A stretch of 64,000 nucleotides of DNA from NCBI GenBank assembly GCA_050250935.1, contig JBFWNS010000002.1, positions 1-64,000 of the forward strand, written 5' to 3'. The position numbers were made by a program, and so were the translations under genes. A model generated the notes under the pieces. That model had not been told where the DNA came from, did not search any database, and worked only from the letters and a program-made list of their open reading frames with translations. This document shows, one piece after another, positions 19,025 through 28,778 of the stretch (the stretch's first letter is position 1; the number at the start of each line of letters is the position of its first letter). This DNA comes from Candidatus Margulisiibacteriota bacterium (GTDB lineage: Bacteria > Margulisbacteria > Marinamargulisbacteria > JBFWNS01).

Positions 19025-20469
19025 AGCAACACCGTTTCTCTAGCCTCTTTTCCGGGCTTTATTTTGTAACGGACTGCATCTTGATTCCCTTTATTGTGGT
19101 GGTGGCTTACGGCTTAAAATTTAAGGTTGGATGGGTTTTTCAGCACATTTTTTCCCTGCCTTTTGGACGCATTTACGACCATGCGCAAGTCGAACCCTAT
19201 TTAAACGCATCGGGTCTGATTATCGTGCTGTGGGTCATCGCCTTTTATTTTGCGGGCGTCTACCGTCCAAGCACCGGGGTTATGACCGATGTGGATAAAG
19301 TAACCGGCGTTGTTAAAGGGGTTAGTTTGGCAGCTTTGGAAATGATGGCTGTTTCGTTTTTGTATCACGCGTTTCCAGGCTCTCGGTTTGTGATTTTTTA
19401 TGCTTGGGGATTTGGCATTCTTCTGCTGTCCATTTCCCATTTGATTATCCACCACATCGAGGTTGGCTTGCTCAAACGGGGCATCGGCTCCAAGCCCACC
19501 CTGATTATCGGCGCCGACACCCTCGGACAAGACATCGCCGAAAAAATGATCTTACTACCCACCTATGGCTTCCATTACGTGGGAACCCTCGACGAAGCGC
19601 CACCGGCTCAAACCCATTTCCACCTTCGGGACAAATTGAAGTATTTGGGCACCAAAGAAACCCTCCCCGAGCTTGTTAAGCGCCAAGCCATTAAAACCAT
19701 TTTTGTGACCTCCGAAAACTCCAACCAGCCTTTTTTAAGCGATCTGCTTTCGTTTTGCCAACACAGGGGCATCGACTTACGCATTTTGTCCAACCTCGAC
19801 GCCTATCCGTTTTCAACGTTAACGGTTAATCATTTTGATGGCATGCCCTTTATTAGCCACGAACACCACCATACCCCTTGGTTTGAAGGGGTTCTAAAAC
19901 GGGGGCTTGACCTCTGTGTGTCGGCCTTTTTGCTGGTGTTTTTCTTCCCCATTTTTTGTGTGATCGGACTGATGATTAAATTAAGCTCTGAAGGTCCAGT
20001 GTTTTACACCCAAGAACGGGTCACCCAAAACGACCGTGTGTTTAAGATGATTAAATTCCGTACCATGGTTCAAAATGCCGAAGCCAAAACAGGTCCTACC
20101 ATGGTGAACACGGCAGGTGATGATCGCTATGTGCCCTTTGGTCCCTTTTTGCGTAAAACCTCTCTGGACGAATTGCCCCAGCTGATTAACGTCTTCAAAG
20201 GCGATATGTCGTTGGTGGGCCCCAGACCTGAACGGCCCTTTTTTGTTCAAGAATTCGAAAAACAATTGCCCCATTTTAAACACCGGCATGTGGTTAAGGC
20301 CGGCATCACGGGTTGGGCCCAAATTAATGGCCGATCCACCCTGACCCACCAACCCGAACACAAGCTTAAATATGACTTGTATTATATCCAAAACGCCTCC
20401 TTTATTTTTGATCTTAAAATTTTGCTTAAAACGGTTTTGGTGGTCTTTCGCGGCGAGGAAGCGTACTAG
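19021..20469 (+). CDS. Undecaprenyl-phosphate sugar phosphotransferase (WcaJ-like)
   Basis: N-terminal TMs; KRGLD, KFRTM, LRKTSLDELPQL.NV.KGDMSLVGPRP, GITGWAQ. Confidence 0.92.
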   Translation: MKQHRFSSLFSGLYFVTDCILIPFIVVVAYGLKFKVGWVFQHIFSLPFGRIYDHAQVEPYLNASGLIIVLWVIAFYFAGVYRPSTGVMTDVDKVTGVVKGVSLAALEMMAVSFLYHAFPGSRFVIFYAWGFGILLLSISHLIIHHIEVGLLKRGIGSKPTLIIGADTLGQDIAEKMILLPTYGFHYVGTLDEAPPAQTHFHLRDKLKYLGTKETLPELVKRQAIKTIFVTSENSNQPFLSDLLSFCQHRGIDLRILSNLDAYPFSTLTVNHFDGMPFISHEHHHTPWFEGVLKRGLDLCVSAFLLVFFFPIFCVIGLMIKLSSEGPVFYTQERVTQNDRVFKMIKFRTMVQNAEAKTGPTMVNTAGDDRYVPFGPFLRKTSLDELPQLINVFKGDMSLVGPRPERPFFVQEFEKQLPHFKHRHVVKAGITGWAQINGRSTLTHQPEHKLKYDLYYIQNASFIFDLKILLKTVLVVFRGEEAY

Positions 20470-21627
20470 ATGGTCCCGGGAATCGGTCTTTTTGGCGGCA
20501 CCTTTGACCCCGTCCACAATGGGCATTTGGCCATCATTCAAGCCGCTGCAGCCAGCGGACGCATCAAGCACCTGTTTGTGATTCCCAGTGGAACCCCCGC
20601 ACAAAAAACCAAGCTACATCTGGACACGGAAACCCGGATGCAACTGCTTCAATTGGCCATTCGCGAACTGGATTTGCCCATTCCATTGTCAGTTAGCACC
20701 TTCGAAATTGACCGCCCTGTCCCCTCTTTTACCATCGACACAGTTCAACATTTCAAAGCCCTGTTTCCCAACGATCAACTTTATCTGATCATTGGCGCCG
20801 ATCAATGGGAGCAATTTTCGACCTGGAAAGATCCCGAAACCTTGCAGTCTTTGGCTCATATTTGGGTGGCCAATCGTCACCATACCCCAAGCCTTAATGG
20901 CATTAACCAACACCCTCTTGCGATTCCAGATTGGCCGGTTTCCTCGACCGAGATTCGTTCCAAGGCCCAACACGGCAAATCCCTTAAACCCGAGGTCCCC
21001 AACAGCGTTGGCTGCTATATTGCCCTGCACCACTTGTTTTCGGCTCCGGAATCGAAACCCAAAACCCCGGTTGTCATTGGTATTACAGGGCGGGTTGGCT
21101 CTGGAAAATCGGCGGCGGCGGACTATTTGTCCAAGACCTATGACCTTCCCATTATCGATTTGGACTTGATTGGCCATGAAGCCCTTAAAAACCCGGGCAT
21201 CAAACAAAAATTGGTGGCCCATTTTGGCCCTGATATTTTAACCCCACAAGGTGATATTCATCGGCCCAGCCTGGGTCCATTGGTTTTTTCGAACTCCAAA
21301 GCCTTGTATTTTTTAAATGCACTCGTTCACCCTTGGATGAAAACCGAGGTTCTCAAACACCTTAAACGGGGCAAGCCCTCGCTCTTGGTGGGGTCCTTGA
21401 TTCAAGAAATGGATTTAAACGCCGTTTGCTTCGGCATTATGGTGATCGATGCCGATGACGAGGCCATTTGTACCCGAAACAAAGACAAGTTTTTACGGGT
21501 TTCGCCCCATCAACGCTCCAGAAAAGCGTTTCAAAACAGTGGGGATGTCGTGGTTGAAAACAAATTTACCTTCGCTTTTTTTGAAGCCTTGGACAAAGCC
21601 CTTTACGATATGGTTTTAGCCCCATAA
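20470..21627 (+). CDS. nadD-coaE: Fusion: nicotinate-nucleotide adenylyltransferase (NadD) + dephospho-CoA kinase (CoaE)
   Basis: GGTFDPVHNGH, SFTIDT, IIGADQ..F.TW, SSTEIR; then GITGRVGSGKS, DLDLIGH, LNALVHP in one frame. Confidence 0.88.
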   Translation: MVPGIGLFGGTFDPVHNGHLAIIQAAAASGRIKHLFVIPSGTPAQKTKLHLDTETRMQLLQLAIRELDLPIPLSVSTFEIDRPVPSFTIDTVQHFKALFPNDQLYLIIGADQWEQFSTWKDPETLQSLAHIWVANRHHTPSLNGINQHPLAIPDWPVSSTEIRSKAQHGKSLKPEVPNSVGCYIALHHLFSAPESKPKTPVVIGITGRVGSGKSAAADYLSKTYDLPIIDLDLIGHEALKNPGIKQKLVAHFGPDILTPQGDIHRPSLGPLVFSNSKALYFLNALVHPWMKTEVLKHLKRGKPSLLVGSLIQEMDLNAVCFGIMVIDADDEAICTRNKDKFLRVSPHQRSRKAFQNSGDVVVENKFTFAFFEALDKALYDMVLAP

Positions 21628-21642
21628 AAAACGAGCTCTAAT

Positions 21643-21671
21643 TTGACTTTTTAACAAATACCCCCTACCTT
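21643..21671 (+). promoter_or_regulatory. Sigma70-like promoter for motAB
   Basis: TTGACT-N17-TACCTT. Confidence 0.45.
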
Positions 21672-21715
21672 ATGTGGACGATTTTCAGAACACACTCAGG
21701 CAGAAAAGGACACGT

Positions 21716-22492
21716 ATGGATCTTACCATTTATGTTGGATTGGCCCTGTTACTTGCAATTTTTCTTAATGTTATTGGGATTAAGCAGAGCGCAGCCCTGT
21801 TTGTTAGCCCAGAAGCCTTTCAAGTTATTTTTGGGGGTCTTATCGCAGCAACCTTAATTCAAAACCCTTGGAAACAACTTAAAGAATTGGCCTCTAAAGC
21901 CAAAATCTTGTTCAGCAACAACAAACTTAACTACCGAGAAGATACCCTTTTACTACTTCGTCTTTCCAAAAAAATTCATACCGAAGGCCGAAATTCTTTG
22001 GAAAGCGAAATCACCAGCATTAAAGATCCCTTCATGAGCCATGCCATGCAAATGGTGATGGACAAAGTGGATCCAGCACAAATTAAAGCCCTGCTTAAAG
22101 AAATGATCGAGCACTCTGAAAGCCGTCACGAGCAAGGGATTTATTATTTTGAACAATTGGCCAAATTGTCCCCAGGGTTTGCCCTTGTGGGAACCTTGAT
22201 TGGCTTGGTCAAGCTTCTCTCCAACCTTAGCGACCCCAAAACCATTGGACCGCACATGGGAACAGCGTTGGTATCGACCTTTTACGGGGTCGCCATGTCC
22301 AACTTGGTGTTTTTGCCCTTGGCCAGCCGACTTCGCGTGGCCAGCTATAACGAGCGCATTCATAAAGAGATGCTTATCGAGGGTATCATCGCCATTGCCA
22401 ACGACGAATTACCCTATTTGGTTCGCGATAAAATCTATATGATCGTTACTGAAAAAGACCGTAAATTCCTCAAAGCTCAAGAAACCGAATAA
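21716..22492 (+). CDS. motA: Flagellar stator MotA/PomA
   Basis: MDL start after AAAGGA; PGFALVGTLIGLV..L.NL.DP..IGP.M..ALVSTFYG...N. Confidence 0.9.
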   Translation: MDLTIYVGLALLLAIFLNVIGIKQSAALFVSPEAFQVIFGGLIAATLIQNPWKQLKELASKAKILFSNNKLNYREDTLLLLRLSKKIHTEGRNSLESEITSIKDPFMSHAMQMVMDKVDPAQIKALLKEMIEHSESRHEQGIYYFEQLAKLSPGFALVGTLIGLVKLLSNLSDPKTIGPHMGTALVSTFYGVAMSNLVFLPLASRLRVASYNERIHKEMLIEGIIAIANDELPYLVRDKIYMIVTEKDRKFLKAQETE

Positions 22493-22511
22493 CCGAAAAG
22501 GATCACGTTTT

Positions 22512-23258
22512 ATGGGCAAAATGCATACCGAAATCGAGAATTTCTATGTGTCCTATTCGGACATGGTTACACTGCTGTTAATTTTCTTTGTCTGGCTCAG
22601 TTCGATTTCCGATTTCGATCCTGTTAAATATATCGAAGCCACGACCTCGATCAAAAACGAGCTTTCCGGCGGACATCCCCCCAAAGATGTTACGGGCAAG
22701 CTCAAAGTCAGCAACGCCATCAAAGAAATTGAACTTCAAGAAAAAAAGCTCGAGGAAATGAAGAAAAAAATCAATACCTTCATTGCCGAAAATCACCTTG
22801 AAAACGACATTACTGTTTCGTATAAAAAAGGCCAATTGGAACTCAATTTGGGCGAATCGGTGTTATTCGATTTGGGCAGTGCCGATTTAAAACCTGCAGC
22901 CAGCCCAATTCTACATAAGATTGCAAGCTTGCTGGATCAAAACGACAGCCTCATTAGTGTTGAGGGCCATACGGACAATCTGCCGATTAACACGGGGCAA
23001 TTCCCTTCCAATTGGGAGCTTTCTGCAGAAAGAGCTTGTTCTGTAACCCGATTTTTAATTCGCGCCGATGTGGAACCCGAGCGTTTTACCGTAATTGGTC
23101 GTAGCGAATTTTCCCCACTGCTTCCCAACACCACCCCCCAAAACAAGGCCAAAAACCGACGGGTTAAGATCTTGTTGAAGGTGGATGTGGACAAAATTGT
23201 TAAAAAAGACAAATCCAATTCCGAAGCCCAGTCCTCGGAAACACCGAACAAAGAATAG
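22512..23258 (+). CDS. motB: Flagellar stator MotB/PomB
   Basis: SYSDMVTLLLIFFV with conserved Asp; OmpA-like VEGHTD, SNWELSAERA, NRRV. Confidence 0.92.
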   Translation: MGKMHTEIENFYVSYSDMVTLLLIFFVWLSSISDFDPVKYIEATTSIKNELSGGHPPKDVTGKLKVSNAIKEIELQEKKLEEMKKKINTFIAENHLENDITVSYKKGQLELNLGESVLFDLGSADLKPAASPILHKIASLLDQNDSLISVEGHTDNLPINTGQFPSNWELSAERACSVTRFLIRADVEPERFTVIGRSEFSPLLPNTTPQNKAKNRRVKILLKVDVDKIVKKDKSNSEAQSSETPNKE

Positions 23259-23261
23259 ACT

Positions 23262-23298
23262 AGGACGCCTTAACTTTTTACAGGCGTCCTGCTTTTTT
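23262..23298 (+). terminator. Intrinsic terminator at the motB/epimerase convergence
   Basis: AGGACGCCT...AGGCGTCCT stem followed by GCTTTTTT. Confidence 0.5.
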
Positions 23299-24243
23299 GA
23301 GTTCGCTTTGAATCCAATGATAGGTTTTTTCCAACCCTGCTTCTAGACTGATCTGCGGTTCCCAATTGAGGGTGTCTCGCAACAAGGTATTGTCGCTGTT
23401 TCGGCCTCTTACCCCCTGGGGTTTGGAAAGATCGTGGCGACGGGTGATGGTTTTTTGTGCAATCTTGGCCACCATGTCCACCAACTCGTTGATGGTGATC
23501 ATGCGGTCTTGGCCCAGGTTGATGGGATCGTAAAAATCGGATTGCATGAGGCGATAGATGCCTTCCACGCAATCGTCGATATAACAATAGGATCGGGTTT
23601 GAAGCCCGTCGCCCCAGACCTCGATTTCGTCCACAGATTTTGCCAGTGCAATTTTTCGGCAAATGGCGGCTGGGGATTTTTCTCGTCCGCCATCGTAGGT
23701 GCCCAGGGGCCCAAAAATGTTGTGGAACCGCACCACGTGGGTTCTCAGGCCATAGTCCTCGCGGTAGTGGCGGCAGAGGCGTTCGGTATACAACTTTTCC
23801 CAGCCGTAACCATCTTCTGCGTCGGCAGGATAGGCAGCTTCTTCTTTAAGCGGGGTCACGTCGGGCTTGTTTTGCAAATAGCCAGGATAGATACAGGCAG
23901 AAGAAGTGTAAAGATACTCGCCAACCCCCTGCTGTTTGGCCGCTTCGATCATGTGAACATTAATCAGGGTATTGTCGTGGACGATCTCGGCTTTGTGGGT
24001 CTCGATAAATCCTATGCCTCCCATGTTGGCAGCCAGATTGTAGACCTGATTCACCCCTTCGGCGGCTTTAAGGCAATTTTCCCAGCGTCTTAAATCCAAA
24101 ACCAAAAATTCGTCGGCCTTGGTTTTTTCGTATTCCGGTTCGAGCCAATCAACACCACGAACCCAATAGCCTCGGGCCTTTAAAAAAGAAACCAATTGAT
24201 GCCCAATAAATCCACCCGCACCGGTAACCAAGACTCGTTTCAT
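23278..24243 (-). CDS. NAD-dependent epimerase, GDP-mannose 3,5-epimerase-like
   Basis: GAGGFIG, LAANMGGIGFI, SSACIYP, YGWEKL, REKSPAA.CRK, WGDGLQTRS. Confidence 0.85.
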   Translation of the reverse strand: MKRVLVTGAGGFIGHQLVSFLKARGYWVRGVDWLEPEYEKTKADEFLVLDLRRWENCLKAAEGVNQVYNLAANMGGIGFIETHKAEIVHDNTLINVHMIEAAKQQGVGEYLYTSSACIYPGYLQNKPDVTPLKEEAAYPADAEDGYGWEKLYTERLCRHYREDYGLRTHVVRFHNIFGPLGTYDGGREKSPAAICRKIALAKSVDEIEVWGDGLQTRSYCYIDDCVEGIYRLMQSDFYDPINLGQDRMITINELVDMVAKIAQKTITRRHDLSKPQGVRGRNSDNTLLRDTLNWEPQISLEAGLEKTYHWIQSELKKAGRL

Positions 24244-25430
24244 TGTACTTCCTTTAAAAGCTGATGATAGGCTTTGGCCGCAGCCGAAACCCGAAATGAA
24301 TCCACCACACAGCGATGCCCTTTGTCTCCCATTTTCTGGCGCAGCTCGACATCCGAAGCCAACCGCAAAATGGCTTGAGAAAGACCCGAGACATCCCCAG
24401 GTTCCACGATCATACCACACTCGTTTTCGTTTAAAATAAGGGCAATTTCACTGGCAGCAGGTATCACGGCCACCACCGGAAGCCCAGAAGCCAACAATCC
24501 AAAGGTTTTAGAGGGAACCGAGCAGCCCTCTTGGCCGGGCATCAGGGAAACCAAGCCCATATCAAGCTGATGCAAAAGCTGGGGTAGCGCCGCCCTGGGC
24601 ACATGATCTTGAAACACACAATTGTCTAGGCTGTTCTTTTTAGCAAAGGCCTTCATTTCGGGTAACCGATACCCATCGCCCACAAACAAAAATTGAATGC
24701 CGGGGTTCGCCTTTAACTCGAGCGCAGCTTTCATGATGGTGTCCATGTCGTGAAAACGCCCCATGTTTCCGGTATAGCCGACGGTGATGATGGGCTTTTG
24801 CACATGCTGTTTTGGATTCAACAGCTGGGTATCCGCCCAGAGGGGAATCATGGCCAGTTTCTGGGCTGGCAAATGGTAGGCCGACATCACTTTGTTTTGC
24901 ATACAACGACCAATCACAATCACGCGCTCGGCTCGGGAAAACACCAGTCGATTACAGGCACGCCAAATCCGAGACAACAGGCTGGTTTTGTTTAATACCC
25001 CCACATTTTCGGCGGTGTCTGGATACAGATCGAACAAGAGCAAAACAAATTTAAGACCCAAAAGTCGGTTCAACAAAGCACACACAACCGCTGCCAAAGG
25101 GGGGTTGGTTAAGACCAAAATCGGCTTTTTGGGGCGATCTAGTATCAAAGCCATCGCCAAACTTACATAAAACCCCAAATGATTGATAAATTTCCCCCAA
25201 AAATACCGTTTGGGAAACTGGGTTGTGGGCAGCCGTCGAATGGCAATGCCCTGGTGGCTCATGTATTTTGGGCAGGTGATTTTGGGACTTTGCAGACTGG
25301 GTTGTCCCGCCCAGACTTCGACATCTATCCCCTCTGCAGCTAGGGCTTCGCAGAGTTCGGTCAAGGTTTGGCCAGTCGACATCAACTCGGGATAAAAGAG
25401 CTGGGACACCACCAAGACCGACGTGTTCAT
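24240..25430 (-). CDS. GT4 glycosyltransferase (WbuB-like)
   Basis: Q.FYPE, TNPP, DLYPD, YTGNMGRFH, VPSK...L.SG.P. Confidence 0.9.
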   Translation of the reverse strand: MNTSVLVVSQLFYPELMSTGQTLTELCEALAAEGIDVEVWAGQPSLQSPKITCPKYMSHQGIAIRRLPTTQFPKRYFWGKFINHLGFYVSLAMALILDRPKKPILVLTNPPLAAVVCALLNRLLGLKFVLLLFDLYPDTAENVGVLNKTSLLSRIWRACNRLVFSRAERVIVIGRCMQNKVMSAYHLPAQKLAMIPLWADTQLLNPKQHVQKPIITVGYTGNMGRFHDMDTIMKAALELKANPGIQFLFVGDGYRLPEMKAFAKKNSLDNCVFQDHVPRAALPQLLHQLDMGLVSLMPGQEGCSVPSKTFGLLASGLPVVAVIPAASEIALILNENECGMIVEPGDVSGLSQAILRLASDVELRQKMGDKGHRCVVDSFRVSAAAKAYHQLLKEVQ

Positions 25431-26197
25431 TTGGCTTTGGGTCGGGCCCGATTCAAGACAGCGATCAGGTGGTTTAAAAACTGATCCACGGCTTCTTGAT
25501 ACACACCCAAATGCTTATAATCCACCTTCAAATAGGGGCCCATTTCGGTAATTGTTCCTTTTAGAGGCGTGGTGTCTCCGGACTGGGTTGCCCAAAGCAA
25601 AAGGGTTCCTGAAACATCGTAAACCCAAACATCGCCAACCAGCTGCAAGCGGGTCCCTTTTGTATCTTTGATCTGTTTAAATTGAAAGGCCAGCCTGGCA
25701 AAAGCATCCACTCCGAGGCTTTCGGCCAAAGCTGCATTTGCGGTTGCAACCTCCAGGCGTTTATTGCGAAAAGGCGATGGCACAAACAGATAGCTTGGGG
25801 TTTCTTGGTCTGGCAATTGCACATACACTGGTTGCTTAGCAAAATCCCGGGCATCTTGAATGCGAAATGCCGATTCTTTTTGCAGGGTCAGAATTAAATC
25901 TTCTAGAAAATCGCTGACAAACCCTTCTTCTTCTTCACTCAAAAACGCAGCTGCATTTTTAGGAGGCGTCCCGGGAAGGGTTTCTTTGTTGTTCACTTTG
26001 GTTGGAACCCGGACATCGAAGGTAAGACTGGTAACAGCTATTTTTTGGACACGCAACAAAGCAGATGCATTCAGGGTATGTACCACCGCATCGTCTTTGG
26101 CCACCACAGCAGAGATAACCTCTGTACTTGGGGCTGGACCACAGCCACATAAAACCAGGGCCAAACCGGTTACCAACAGTAACCGCTTCACCGTCAT
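25427..26197 (-). CDS. Lipoprotein of unknown function
   Basis: LCGC lipobox; overlaps both neighbours by 4 bp. Confidence 0.65.
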   Translation of the reverse strand: MTVKRLLLVTGLALVLCGCGPAPSTEVISAVVAKDDAVVHTLNASALLRVQKIAVTSLTFDVRVPTKVNNKETLPGTPPKNAAAFLSEEEEGFVSDFLEDLILTLQKESAFRIQDARDFAKQPVYVQLPDQETPSYLFVPSPFRNKRLEVATANAALAESLGVDAFARLAFQFKQIKDTKGTRLQLVGDVWVYDVSGTLLLWATQSGDTTPLKGTITEMGPYLKVDYKHLGVYQEAVDQFLNHLIAVLNRARPKAK

Positions 26198-27108
26198 GCC
26201 TGTGTCCGGTCGAGTGCTCCCAACAATCCTTTAAGGTAGGAGAATTCGCCCAACAACCAATGACTGAATCGTTTAACCCAAGGGTTTGAAGAGGCTAACC
26301 CCGACTTTTCAAACCAATTTAAGCGACTGGGCTGTTTTTCTAGCCAACGAAACACAACAACAGACAAGGGGTTCAAACCTAAAAACCACTTGAGCTCGGG
26401 ATGTTTTTGAAGCATAACCAAGGCCGATTCGCCCTTTTTCTCGTTGCGGGCAATCTCGTCTTGATCGTGGACCACATGGTAATGGTAGTTCACGGCGGAC
26501 TTCAGATAGCTTAAGGGAATTTTCTTTTGAAAGAGCCGGTAGCCAAGCTCCAAATCTTCCCAGCCATAGCCCGTAAAATCGGTGTCGAATCCACCCTCTT
26601 CCATAAACACCGATTTTGGCAGCGACACATTGCCGGTTAAAAAGTAGTACCAGCCCAAGGGTGCCATTTCGGCGTAATTGCGTTTGATATAAGGGTAAAT
26701 TTCGTTGGGAATGGGCGGCCAATGCAAATAGTTCATATTAAAGGTTCGTCCTTCAAAACACTGAACCTTTGCGCTGTTTTGGTGGGCCTCCCAATGGGTG
26801 GCTACAAAGTTAGGGTCTGGAATCATGTCGGCATCGGTGATGATGATGATTTCTCCAGAAGCCTCGGCCACAGCGCGGTTTCGGGCAGCGGCTTTGCCTT
26901 TGTTTTGTTGAATAATGGCATTAAGACGAAAGGCCGGTTTAAAGCGACCAAACAAGGCATGGGTGCCATCTGAAGATCCAGAATCCACCACCACCACTTC
27001 GAAATGCTGGGGGTCCATGGTTTGGGTTTGGTAGGCCGTTAAAACGCGCTCTAATACCTCGCACTGGTTGAACGTCCCAATAATGATACTAATTTTTGGA
27101 AATGACAT
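26194..27108 (-). CDS. GT2 glycosyltransferase
   Basis: ISIIIGTFN, VVDSGSSDGT, ARN, DAD, GGFD..F..YGWED.ELG.RL. Confidence 0.92.
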   Translation of the reverse strand: MSFPKISIIIGTFNQCEVLERVLTAYQTQTMDPQHFEVVVVDSGSSDGTHALFGRFKPAFRLNAIIQQNKGKAAARNRAVAEASGEIIIITDADMIPDPNFVATHWEAHQNSAKVQCFEGRTFNMNYLHWPPIPNEIYPYIKRNYAEMAPLGWYYFLTGNVSLPKSVFMEEGGFDTDFTGYGWEDLELGYRLFQKKIPLSYLKSAVNYHYHVVHDQDEIARNEKKGESALVMLQKHPELKWFLGLNPLSVVVFRWLEKQPSRLNWFEKSGLASSNPWVKRFSHWLLGEFSYLKGLLGALDRTQA

Positions 27109-27198
27109 AAGCCTGGTCACTGTATCAAATCTCCCCAAAAATTCAAAGCATGGCTTTAGACCCTTTCTGGATTCCAACAACAGCCTAAACAAGTCTTT

Positions 27199-27226
27199 TG
27201 AAATTTATCTAGAACGCGCTCGATAA
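27199..27226 (+). promoter_or_regulatory. FliA/sigma28-like promoter for the surface-protein operon
   Basis: TGAAA-N15-CTCGATAA, 60 nt upstream of ATG 27287. Confidence 0.6.
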
Positions 27227-27286
27227 ATATGTAATTGTATAAAGCTTTTTCACTTAAACTGGAAACAAACTAACATAAAACCCACT

Positions 27287-27832
27287 ATGGCCTTCAATTT
27301 TCAATCAAAAACCACAAGATTCGTTAAGATCTTTACAGCCCTGGGACTACTACTTTTGGCATCGTTTTCCCCTTGTTTTGCAGACCCCACCTACACCCTA
27401 TCCAACATCACTTTTGGGAATTTAAGCGTTAATCAAGACGCCGAAATTTTACCCTTAAACATGGTCGAAGCGCCGATTCTTTCTGTTGAACCTGTTCTGG
27501 ATACCCTGCTTTCTAGCGAAGAGGCCCCCAAACCCGAACTCTTGGGCAAGCCATTGAATTACCCCAATCCGTTTTCATGGGACACCGGCACCCGCATTGG
27601 CTATTTGCTCTCGACAGACATGACGGTGGAATTACGCATCTACGATCCATTTGGTTCGGAACTGCATCGTCGGACCCTGATAGCCGGAACCGAAGGCGGA
27701 AAAGCCGGGTATAACCGGGTCCCCGTCTACCGCAGCGATTTTACAGACACCCTGCCAGCCGGCATTTATTTTTATGTTCTGCTGTACAACAACGCTGTCC
27801 TTGGCAAAAACAAATTTGCGGTGAAGCCATGA
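27287..27832 (+). CDS. Exported protein with T9SS type A sorting/FlgD-Ig-like C-terminal domain
   Basis: Signal peptide; NYPNPF...T.I.Y.L....V.LRIYD..G...LPAGIYFY.L......K.K. Confidence 0.75.
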   Translation: MAFNFQSKTTRFVKIFTALGLLLLASFSPCFADPTYTLSNITFGNLSVNQDAEILPLNMVEAPILSVEPVLDTLLSSEEAPKPELLGKPLNYPNPFSWDTGTRIGYLLSTDMTVELRIYDPFGSELHRRTLIAGTEGGKAGYNRVPVYRSDFTDTLPAGIYFYVLLYNNAVLGKNKFAVKP

Positions 27833-28755
27833 AACACCTTACGTTTTACCTAGGAGTCCTGTTGATCGTGCTTTTTGCAAAACCTGCGCTGGCCGTAACC
27901 AGTATGGATATGGAGGCCGTCGGCAATTCTGCAGGCATGATTGCCATTGGACACATTGTGGGGTTCGATGAGTCTGCCAACAGTATTTTTGAAAACCCCG
28001 CGGCGTTTTCCCGCAACAAAGCCCCGTCGATCACCACGTTTTACACCACAACCATGGCCCAAGAAACCCAATTTTATACGGTTGGCTTCAGCCTTCCTTT
28101 TGGCCCTGGCAACTTCGGCATTGGACAATTTCAATCCCGCATTCCGAACAATCCGGTTACAGGAGCAACCGATAGCGACGAATTTTATCAAGCTGATTCT
28201 TTCGACTATAAGCTATCTATTTTAAAATTGGCCTATGGCTTGCCCTTATCTGCTAAATCCAGCGTTGGCATTGTGTACAACCTAACCACTCTGGATGAAT
28301 ACACAACCCATGCCCAAGCCCACAGTTTGGACCTGGGCTATCAAACCCAATTGGACGCCCTTACCCTTTCTTTAACCGGAAAAAATATTGTTCCGCTTTC
28401 GCCCTTAACCTTTGAAAGCGGCAAAACAGAAACCCTTCCCATTCGACTGATTGGCGGTTTTAAATGGCAAGTTACTTCGGAATGGTCGGTTTTTGGGCAA
28501 TTAAGTCAAACAGCCAATAGTCCATTTTTAAAAGCAGGCGGCATCCAATTTACCCCTACTTTTTTGGCCAAGATGTTGGTGTTAAGCGCTGGCATGCAAG
28601 AACGGCATGTTCAATCAAGCATCAAACAGCGGGGCGCTTTGGGCGTTGGGCTATTCGTTTCTCCCATCATCTTTCATTTTGCCTACGAGAAAAGTGATTA
28701 TGTGGTTGATGATAATCACTACTACGTGTCTTTTGCCTTTAATTTTGCCCCTTAA
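27829..28755 (+). CDS. PorV/PorQ-like (FadL-related) outer-membrane beta-barrel
   Basis: Signal peptide; SAGMIAIG...D.SANSIFENPAA N-terminal motif; LDLGYQ, GKNI, C-terminal YYVSFAFNF strand. Confidence 0.7.
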   Translation: MKHLTFYLGVLLIVLFAKPALAVTSMDMEAVGNSAGMIAIGHIVGFDESANSIFENPAAFSRNKAPSITTFYTTTMAQETQFYTVGFSLPFGPGNFGIGQFQSRIPNNPVTGATDSDEFYQADSFDYKLSILKLAYGLPLSAKSSVGIVYNLTTLDEYTTHAQAHSLDLGYQTQLDALTLSLTGKNIVPLSPLTFESGKTETLPIRLIGGFKWQVTSEWSVFGQLSQTANSPFLKAGGIQFTPTFLAKMLVLSAGMQERHVQSSIKQRGALGVGLFVSPIIFHFAYEKSDYVVDDNHYYVSFAFNFAP

Positions 28756-28778
28756 TTAATATCCCAGAGGAGAGTGTC

